Below are positions 54,921 through 64,000 of a stretch of DNA of 64,000 nt, one piece after another. The notes beneath the pieces were generated by a model. That model was not told where the DNA came from. It was given only the letters and a program-made list of their open reading frames with translations, and did no database searches. The first letter of the stretch is position 1, and each line of letters starts with the position of its first letter. The stretch spans positions 101,990,001-102,054,000 of the forward strand of contig NC_043002.1 in the NCBI RefSeq assembly GCF_006345805.1. The letters run 5' to 3'. Origin of the DNA: Octopus sinensis (taxonomy: Eukaryota). The position numbers were made by a program, and so were the translations under genes.

Positions 54921-55134
54921 ATATTGTATAGAGGGCATTATTACACATAAATGCCTCACACTAGGAGGGACAAGTCATTACTCCCAAAATTATACTACCA
55001 TACCCAAATGCAGTTTTTCAAAGTCTTGCTTTGAAAAACTGCATTTGGGTATATTAGTATAATTTTGGTAGTAATGACTTTGTCCCCTCCTAGTGTGAGG
55101 CATTTATGTGTAAATAATGCCCTCTATACAATAT
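54921..55134. repeat. Palindrome with ~105-bp arms and 5-bp spacer, made of PLE pseudo-LTR sequence
   Basis: 54921-55023 is the reverse complement of 55029-55134 around tcttg; the arm sequence matches 23183-23306. Confidence 0.9.
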
Positions 55135-55262
55135 AGATTAATTAATTTGTTCAAAGGAAAAAATAATTTTCGAATTCTTTTCTTTTATGAGGTTTTGCAC
55201 GCTAGCTACCCGATAATTTCTTGTTAAGATCCCTTATTAGAGATATCCTTAATTGTTAAACT

Positions 55263-55295
<33 letters not shown>

Positions 55296-55412
55296 CAAAG
55301 AGCAATAAAGATCAAGTTAATTTAAAAAAATTTACTTGAATATGGTACCTAACTTAGATGCACCAAAAAAACTATACTGATTTAACAATACAGTAATGTG
55401 GGGTGATTATAA

Positions 55413-56683
55413 GCGAGAAAGAAGCAACAAGAATGGATAGGTTTTTAGTACGATCGTTTCATACAGGACAGTTTTATTAAAAGTTGCAAAGATTACAGCA
55501 TATAAACGAGTCCCGTACTCATCAGCTAAAATACATGTAAGTTCTCTAGACATCCTAGTGTTTGAGGCTATACTCATGAAGTAATGTAGATAATTAAACA
55601 GATTTCTAAAGTTCATTAAAGTTCTTTAAAGATGATGTACATCTTATCACAGAATTTTAAAAAAGTTTTGATAGCATCACAGAGAAGGTGACCTAATCCA
55701 TATGAATTTCCATAGATATGATGAGGGATTATTACTCACAGAAGACAAATTTATCCATTGCTAATTACAACGAGGTGGGTCTCAATTCTGCTTATTAGCA
55801 TTACAGAGAGGGTGAATTAATCCTTTGTATATATGCACAATTCCAATGGTGTAGATGTAAATTTCCAGAGAAATGGAGATGAATTTCATATTCACAGGCG
55901 ATAAATTTTACAATGGTTGACCAATGAGGTAGGTATCAATCCTTGTTATATGATTAGGTGTTTGCCATATTAATCACATTACTGCTATTCACAAGAGGCT
56001 GTAGCTATTTAACTCTTAAAGGCTGAAGGACTTACTAGATCGGCCAAGAAAGTGGCCGATCTAGTAAGTCCTTCAGCCTTTAAGAGTTAATAGCTACAGC
56101 CTCTTGTGAATAGCATAATGTGATTAATATGGCAAACACCTAATCATATAACAAGGATTGATACCTACCTCATTGTGTTCAACCATTGTAAAATTTATCG
56201 CCTGTGAATAGAATTCATCTCCATTTCTCTGGAATTTAACATCTACACCATTGGAATCTGTGCATATATACAAGATTAATTCACCCTCTCTGTAATGCTA
56301 ATAAGCAGGAATTGAGACCCCCTCGTTGTAATTAGCAATGGATAAATTTGTCTTCTGTGAGTATATAATCCCTCATCATATCTATGGAAATTCATATGGA
56401 TTAGGTCACCTCTCTGTGATGCTATCAAAACTTTTTTAATTCTGTGATAAGACTGTACATCATCTTTAAAGAACTTTAATGAACTTTAGAAATCTGTTTA
56501 ATTATCTACATTACTTCATGAGTATAGCCTCAAACACTAGGATGTCTAGAGAACTTACATGTATTTTAGCTGATGAGTACGGGACTCGTTTATATGCTGT
56601 AATCTTTGCAACTTTTAATAAACCTGTCCTTGTATGAAACGATCGTACTAAAAACCTATCCATTCTTGTTGCTTCTTTCTCGC
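55413..56683. repeat. Large palindrome with ~630-bp arms and 6-bp spacer
   Basis: 55413-56046 is the reverse complement of 56053-56683; centre ...cttactagatcggcca-agaaag-tggccgatctagtaag...; the arms differ mostly by 1-nt indels. Confidence 0.95.
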
Positions 56684-56684
56684 G

Positions 56685-56721
<37 letters not shown>

Positions 56722-56926
56722 AATAAATTAATAAATAAAACATATGCATATATACATACATGTACGTACGTACCTACCTCCACATGTATATATCATGCAT
56801 ATATGGGTACAGGGCACAAAAAAAAACCGTTGAACACAATGAGAAACGAAAACATAAACACAAACCATGGAACTGGACATTTTTCTTAAACAACGAAAAA
56901 ATAGAGTACAGGACATACAACACAGG

Positions 56927-56999
<73 letters not shown>

Positions 57000-57058
57000 C
57001 ATAGTTGATCGGTAGCTACTAAATCTTTATTACTTTCTCTCTCTGCATTCCTGTGTTC

Positions 57059-57094
57059 CTTTCTGTCGAAGAGCGTAGGCTCGAAACGTAAAAG
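57059..57094 (+). ncRNA. Minimal type I hammerhead with A6->U core substitution
   Basis: cuuu CUG(u)CGA a gagc guag gcuc GAA AC GU A|aaag: 4-bp stem I, 4-bp stem II, palindromic ACGU stem III, GUA triplet. Confidence 0.6.
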
Positions 57095-58831
57095 TCTTTC
57101 TCACTTCCCGAGCGTTAAACTAAAAGATCAAACATCTGTTTGTTGTTTACACACCTGTCTTCGTCTTTTGTTTTGTTTTCTTGTAAATTCCAATTATATA
57201 TATATATGCTTGTGTCATCCACCACCGCTTACCACCAGTAGGTTTTGATTTGTTTATGTCAGCTGTAACTTAGCGACTCGACAATAGAGACTGAAAGATG
57301 AAGTTCAGGATTTAAAATATTATTTATATCTACATACGTATATACATAGACACATATCTAGATTGCACTCAGCTTATATGTGAAGTAACAGATATTCATA
57401 TTTCGACGCAGACGTACATAACCAGACATGTGTGCGCATGTACGTGTGTGTGTGTTTGTGTGTTTGTGTGTGTGTATGTGTGTGTATTCGCATACAGGAA
57501 TATTTTGATATTTGCCCAATAATTATAAGACGAAGAATATAGAAAATAGGTAAATGCTACAATAAAATGGGTCTCGCAGTATGTTACTTGTTTTCCTCTT
57601 CTCCTGGTTCTCTTCAATCCTGTTCCTGCTGCTGGTGGTGTACGAGTTGTTGTTGTTATGTTTTCGTTTTTCGTTTTTTATTTCTAGATATATATATTCG
57701 TATAGTTTTACAATACGTGCTATATTATTGATATGAAGTAAATGATGAGTAAGAAGAATCTTTAGACAAAAAAAGAGATAAGAACAACGATAATATCTTT
57801 AAATGCTTCCATAAGTACAGGGACGATTTCACCGGAAATCTTTTTTAGCTTTGATTATTGTAGCAGCTGACTCGACTGGCAGAGATGATTCTGCTCTAGC
57901 TTCAGCGATCGGAAGACATAGAATTAGAACATTACTAGCAGAGTTGAGGCAAAGAGAAGTCATTTATTTAGTATTTATTCTTTTTTTTTCCACATAAGGC
58001 TTTTGATGGTGTGGTGGTATCTGGTGATATGTGTTTAGTATGGCCTATTTCATATTAAGTGGCAAACAACGCTGTGAAATAGAACAAAATAGTGCGTCTA
58101 CATACATTAACAACACCAAAGATATGTATATATATGTATATATATATATATTATATATATATAATAATATATGAAGCAGAGTTTGCGTATGTGCGTATGT
58201 TCTTATGCATTCGAAAATTGGTAGCCGATTTTGACGTATGGGGTATCAAAAGAATCAGTAATCTTTCGGCTACTAAATAAACTTTATTTTCATTTACCTA
58301 TTTGCATTACAAAAATTTGACGGTGTAATCTTTCTATAAGTCAACTATCGTAAAAGATGTATCTATATAATTTAATCTAGGATGTAATAAATAATATAAT
58401 ATAATATATATATATGCATACACGCACAATCACCCCCTGCTATCTTTCTCTCTCACGCGCACACACACTCACAATTCTCTGCTGAATACGATTTTTAAGC
58501 TAACAATTTGGTTACGTGGGTTATTCTTGAGAAGTAATTTCGGGTTACGTTTATATAAGGGCTCGAATAGTTATGTTGTTCCTTTAGAATTTAACAACAT
58601 CAACAAAATACAAGTTTGTTGCGGGTATTCAAGCACTCATTAAATTTCAAATTCCGCCATGCTTCACTATGACAACAAGACGATGCCACGAACACGACAT
58701 GTCAATTTTGCATATCTATGATCTTGAAAATATTTCCTACACATGTCTTAGAATGTTTGCGGGTCTTTGAAAAGAAGATTACATCAAAAACGTTCTGTCC
58801 TTTATTGTTTGAATTGTGAAGGCGCGTGGCG

Positions 58832-58931
58832 NNNNNNNNNNNNNNNNNNNNNNNNNNNNNNNNNNNNNNNNNNNNNNNNNNNNNNNNNNNNNNNNNNNNN
58901 NNNNNNNNNNNNNNNNNNNNNNNNNNNNNNN
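58832..58931. other. Assembly gap (100 N)
   Basis: Run of N. The left flank ends in gaaggcgcgtggc, which looks like the start of a SINE head. Confidence 1.
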
Positions 58932-59107
58932 TCAATCTCTTGAACTAATATGGTAAAAAGAGCTCTACAAAGACATTAAACTACTTTTCATTTTAATATA
59001 AAACCGCATTCATTATAATGTGATTATAAAAAAACAAGCAAACGTTATGTATACAACATATCTAAAGTACATATATATATATCATATATATATATACGTA
59101 TGTGTGT

Positions 59108-59418
59108 ATATCACGTGACATGACCGACCAGACCATCAGATGTAGTTACACATCGCTGTTCACAATGCGTTCACATTGTTTTAGCCTTCAAGTGACGCCA
59201 CCCCGCTAGCTAAGCGAGCAGGCCAACAGAAGAAAGAGTGAGAGAAATAGTGGTGAAAGAGTACAGCAGGGATCACCACCACCCCCTGCCGGAGCCTCGT
59301 GGGGCTTTTATGTGTTTTCGCTCACAATAAACACTCACAACGCCCGGTCTGGGAATCGAAACCGCGATCCTACGACCACGAGTCCGCTGCCCTAACCACT
59401 GGGCCATTGCGCCTCCAC
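59108..59418 (-). mobile_element. SINE sharing the family C head but with a different 3' tail
   Basis: The first ~190 nt (gtggaggcgcaatggcccagtggttagggcagcggactcg...tttctctcactctt) match 46254 onward; the tail ctgttggcctgctcgcttagctagcggggtggcgtcac...catgtcacgtgata is unrelated. Confidence 0.9.
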
Positions 59419-59825
59419 ATGTGTGTGTATATATAAATGTGTATATATGCTTGCCTTTAAAGGTGCTTAAGTATAATTCTGTTCACTTCTGTGCTTATAT
59501 AGTTCAGTATATATATGTTTATAGATGTATGAGACATACTTCAATTTCCATTCAATATAATTATGCAGCATCTATTAATCGCCCCTCTCATTCAGAAGCT
59601 TCTATTACCTTCAATCTACTTACCTCTAGATAATTCTATGATATTTTAACAGCTCTTCGCACACTCAATTTAAATTAGACAATTTAATTGTCTGACAAAA
59701 CCACGTTCCACACGATAAAACTGTTGCTTATGAAGCTGATTCGGCGAATATCTTGCTGGACGTGATATACATATTTATAGAATTTCAAACATTTATTTTT
59801 TTTTATTTTTAATTATGTGCTTTTG

Positions 59826-59833
59826 CTCCTTGG

Positions 59834-59870
<37 letters not shown>

Positions 59871-59871
59871 A

Positions 59872-59917
<46 letters not shown>

Positions 59918-59982
59918 ATCTATCTATCTAATCTATCTATCTAATCTATCTATCTAATCTATCTATCTAATCTATCTATCTA

Positions 59983-60024
<42 letters not shown>

Positions 60025-60075
60025 ATCTATCTATCTATCTATCTATCTATCCAACTGTCTGTCTATCTATTTATC
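59826..60075. repeat. (ATCT)n tetranucleotide microsatellite
   Basis: Direct inspection; followed by (TATG)n at ~60155-60225. Confidence 0.95.
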
Positions 60076-60299
60076 TAACAATCTATCTAACTAGTTTTAA
60101 TTTTATTTAGAATATGAATCTCATATACATATATATATATATGTGTGTATGTAGTATGTATGTATGTATGTATGTATGTATGTATGTATGTATGTATGTA
60201 TGTATGTATGTATGTATGTATGTACTAATGAATGAATACAAGGTGTGGTGAATAAACCATCGTTTAAATTACGCAAAAAGAAAAATAACACTCACAGTT

Positions 60300-60620
60300 C
60301 ATTTTAACAGATAAATTTACCAAAATTACACAAAAATATCTCGAAATATATTAAAGAGTAAATTCCATCAATACAATCGCCTTTGTCTTCAACCACGGCC
60401 TCCAAACGACATCTGAATCTCGTACAAATATTCTGGACAGTTTCCTTAACTAATTTGGTGAATGCTGCCACAGTCCTTGCCTTCAGTTCATCTTTGGTGT
60501 TACAAGGAATTTTGTTGGTCTCACGCTCAGATGCGCCCCACACATAATAACTAATGGACTGCAGTGTGTGGTGTTAAGTGACCAGATTTTAGGGCGGATA
60601 TGGTCGAAAATTTGTCTGAC
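60300..60620 (-). pseudogene. Tc1/mariner-superfamily transposase C-terminal remnant
   Basis: ..VWGASERETNKIPCNTKDELKARTVAAFTKLVKETVQNICTRFRCRLEAVVEDKGDCI, the same type as 14290-14760. Confidence 0.8.
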
Positions 60621-60869
60621 TGCCATCAACACACAAAACGCAACCCCAATGCCGGCTCATCAACACAGAATATAGAGAGACGAAACTAATTGCTCTCGAA
60701 TTTAGCTCATCTATCGTTTTACTGTTTTTGTTTGCCCATTATTAATGTTGAAAATCAGTATTTTGCTTATGCGAGAATCCATTGCAATATTCAGTCATGT
60801 CCTATTATATTCTGATGGCAAGTGCTGAGCCTCTGCTGCTGCTGCTACTCCTGGTACTGCTGCTGCTGC

Positions 60870-60905
<36 letters not shown>

Positions 60906-60909
60906 CACC

Positions 60910-60970
<61 letters not shown>

Positions 60971-61914
60971 TAAATAATAGTAATAGGAATAATTTTCATT
61001 GTTTTTCAATTTTAGCAAACCTCATTGATAGGGCTTGAAACCAAAGCGCGAACGGCCCACGCAGGTTTGCCGAACCCCGTTGTATATTTTGTTTTTGAAA
61101 CAACATGCTGTTAAAGCAATATTCTCCTAGGGAAAATCAACCGAATCATGCCTGTTAACCGTGTATATACATTAAGTATGAGACACTGAGGACTCTTTCA
61201 ATTGCGTATACCGACTTTTTGCACGTAGAAGGAGCAAATTTTACGGTGATTACAGAAATGGTGGAGCTAAATGAAATAAACTGTTATGAAATATCGTCAA
61301 AAAAAACACGAAGAGAAAACAAAAAGAATATGATACTGGTTGCTACAAAGCACAATGGAGTAAAAGAAAATATGTTACCTCATTTCAATGAAGCCAGGAA
61401 ATACAATTCAAATAAGAACTGTGCACATATTTTGTAGTGTAATGTCAATAGATGAGGCAATATAAACACTGCACTTGTACAATGTCCATATGAATGTAAT
61501 CGGTTGCGTAGTGAAAGAAGAGAATTTAGAGGGAAATAAACACCAGAATGATGTTTGTAAAGAGAAACAGTCTCTATACTAATGCATCTTGGGAATGATT
61601 AATGGTGTAGATAAATATATAACGAAATCATCATTACTGCTCAATTATTGGAGTTGAACCAGGCACAAATAAGGTCTACGGTAGAGTACTGCATCTTTTA
61701 TATATGGCTCGTTGCCACTATTACACAGAAAACGGCTAAAACACCGTCCTTACAAAAGTCATTCAGATAACTAGAATCTTTCTAAGAACAAAATTACAAA
61801 TAGAAAAGCAAGAATCACCAAAAATTGGAACAATCACATTGGAATAACTTTGATACTCCATTGGCAGATGATTTCAACAACCTCTCGCCGTTAGTTCCCA
61901 ATCCTATCGTTATA

Positions 61915-62766
61915 CGAGGACTAATCAATAAGTATCAAGACTGTTGCCATAGTAACGAAGCTAAAGCAGGCGGTGTGAAGTCGCTTGACAAAGATTGACC
62001 GTGAACACTGCTGTGCATGCGCACTAAGTTTTAACGTTCTAGCTTACTTCCGCTCTGTTTAAAGCTGTGCCTGGAAGGAAGGTGTGTAGCATGCAATCGT
62101 CGCAGTGACCATGACAGAGAAAGGTAGCATGGTGATGCCTGCTCAGAGGCCTACACATAGTTGCAGAAAGCGTATCGAGAGGAGTGTATGAGCCGCGCAC
62201 AAATGTACAACTGCTTCAGACGTTTCCAAGATGGTCGAAAAAATATCGATATTGAACGTTCTGGAAGATTCGCAACCAGCAGAACTGAGAAAAACATCGC
62301 AGGTGTGCATGCATCCGTGACGGGAAATTGTCGAATCACCATCCATGAGTTAACAGAAGATGTGGGGATTAGTTACGGTTCAATTCAGTTCATTATCATT
62401 GAAGAATTGTGTATGAGATGCGTGTCTGCCAAGCTTGTGCCAAAACTGCTTTCAGTTGACCAAAATCATTCTCGGGTTTCAGTTGGACAAGACCTCCTTG
62501 ATTGTGTCGAGAACAATGGAAACTTTTTGAAAACTTTGTGCAGGCCGCTGGCAAAATTTCATGCAGATTCTCGCCTCAACTTTTTCTGTCATTGTCAATG
62601 CGACGATCACACGCTACACATGTTCCTTCCAAGCAGTGCTGTATACAGAGGAAGCAAGTTAGAACGTTGAAATTTAGTGCGTATGCACAGCAAAGTTCAA
62701 GGTCACTCTCGGAGTATTAACTTCGTTAATATGGCAACAGTCCGGATATTTATTGATCATACCACG
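61915..62766 (+). mobile_element. Internally deleted mariner element with both TIRs
   Basis: 5' TA|cgaggactaatcaataagtatcaagactgttgccat (61915-61950); 3' atggcaacagtccggatatttattgatcataccacg (62731-62766). Internal ORF KAYREECMSRAQMYNCFRRFQDGR..RSGR..RITIHELTEDVGISYGSI..VSAKLVPKLL..FLK; the catalytic domain is missing. Confidence 0.88.
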
Positions 62767-62959
62767 AACAAGTTTATTTGGTTACTCCAAATGATTCTTA
62801 GCTCATCCACGTTCTGTGAAGTTTCTTGAATGGTACTACCTCTCCTTTTACAGATCCCTTTTTTTATCAAATAGTACTGTACTTTGATCTATTACTCAAA
62901 GGAGTGAATACCTCTTTTCATTATGGTGATTCAATGAGCTTATGAGAATTAACTGCTAG

Positions 62960-63524
62960 CTAGATCTGTTCCGCATAAGGCAAAGGTCGTTCGACATAAA
63001 TCCCCAAACCAAGGTTGTTGGGATACAGAACGAATCTAAGCCTATCTACGACAGATTTGTTTACTGGCGGCTTCAGTATTCTATGCCTCAAGATCTCAAG
63101 AAGTTTCCTCAAGGAGACAATATCCACAGAAAAACTTGCAAGCCACAGACTTTGGAAGTTGCTCAGTATCCCAGATCCGGCCAAACAGGCTGACCTCATC
63201 GACACCTGCCTTGCTGCCATATCGCCCGCATCAATATTCTCGATTAACCACGTATATGATGCGGGAGTCTAGCAATTAACATAGTTGATAGTGTAACATG
63301 GTAATTGTCGGATCTCTGGGAAGAGTGAGTAAAAATCTTGAGAAGTACATGGAACAAATAGGAGCTGCAATAAGGGTGCGCACTTGCAGGAAACAGCACT
63401 GCTTGGAACCGTTCGAATACTCCGAATGGTGCTCGAAAAATAAGGGGTGTTACCTTAGTTCACTGGTAGTGAACAGCTGTCACTGTAATACATCTCCAGT
63501 GTTAGAAGCTGTGCAAAGGCAATA

Positions 63525-63560
<36 letters not shown>
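62960..63560 (+). mobile_element. R4/Dong-like LINE 3' end with (TAA)n tail
   Basis: VIVGSLGRVSKNLEKYMEQIGAAIRV..LQETALLGTVRILRMVLEK* (after frameshift repair), then a short UTR and aataataat. Confidence 0.75.
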
Positions 63561-63562
<2 letters not shown>

Positions 63563-63580
63563 GTAGTATTAGTATTAGTA

Positions 63581-63627
<47 letters not shown>

Positions 63628-63689
63628 ATGATGATGGTGATGATGAAGAAGAAGTGACAAATAGTGTTAGATCATTGATGTAGCCATAC

Positions 63690-64000
63690 CAAGTGATTTG
63701 AACGTTGTGATTAAAGAGGTTGAAAAAATCACCAAGTACCCGGAATTGAAAGTGGAAATGGCAAGATTGTATAGAATGCGAAGGGGAAATGTAACTGAGA
63801 TACTAGTGGTGACCGGAGCGTTGGGCTCAATGCCATTGAAACTTCAAGACTTCTTAAGGAAACTGGAAATCCCATGCAAGATTGATGTCTTGCAAAATGC
63901 TGCCTTAATGGGCACAGCGCACATCTTAAGGAAATTATTTTATGTCTGATGTCCTTGTTGTGACTCGACAGATGACTAAAGACTCCGGTGCAATCTTACC
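63690..64000 (+). mobile_element. R4/Dong-like LINE 3' end, second copy
   Basis: KEVEKITKYPELKVEMARLY..VVTGALGSMPLKLQDFLRKLEIPCKIDVLQNAALMGTAHILRKL* matches the EK..KY..L..E / V.GALG / LQ.AAL.GTA.ILR.L signature. Confidence 0.8.

Noticed and set aside
56570-56592. ctgatgagtacgggactcgttt in the palindrome arm as a hammerhead
   Set aside because: CUGAUGA is present but is followed by GUUU rather than GAAA, and the hairpin consumes G8/A9.

Overview
This is 64 kb of AT-rich, microsatellite-saturated eukaryotic DNA. The repeat content points to an octopod cephalopod (Octopus-like); this is an inference from the SINE and LINE families, not a database match. No host protein-coding gene, rRNA, true tRNA or CRISPR array can be supported, and nearly all listed ORFs are artefacts of (TA)n/(CA)n/(TG)n and trinucleotide repeats. 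The window is a retroelement graveyard: three tRNA-derived SINE families, R4/Dong-like and CR1/L2-like LINE fragments, a gag-like LINE ORF1, Tc1/mariner remnants and several Penelope-like elements (PLEs), one of them a young-looking Naiad-type RT + GIY-YIG copy. Signals not shown by the ORF track: (1) type I hammerhead ribozymes, one with a fully canonical core (23320-23367, minus), one near-intact and several decayed; (2) a nine-unit tandem array (51689-53235) that reads as a ~515-aa, ~58% Asp aspein/Asprich-like polypeptide if one base is restored; (3) two adjacent DNA palindromes with ~105-bp and ~630-bp arms, the smaller built from the hammerhead-bearing PLE repeat; (4) three copies of a ~560-bp non-coding element stacked inside one (AAT)n tract; (5) two copies of a long-inverted-repeat element. 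A 100-N gap lies at 58832-58931. Scattered 1-bp indels suggest residual long-read errors.
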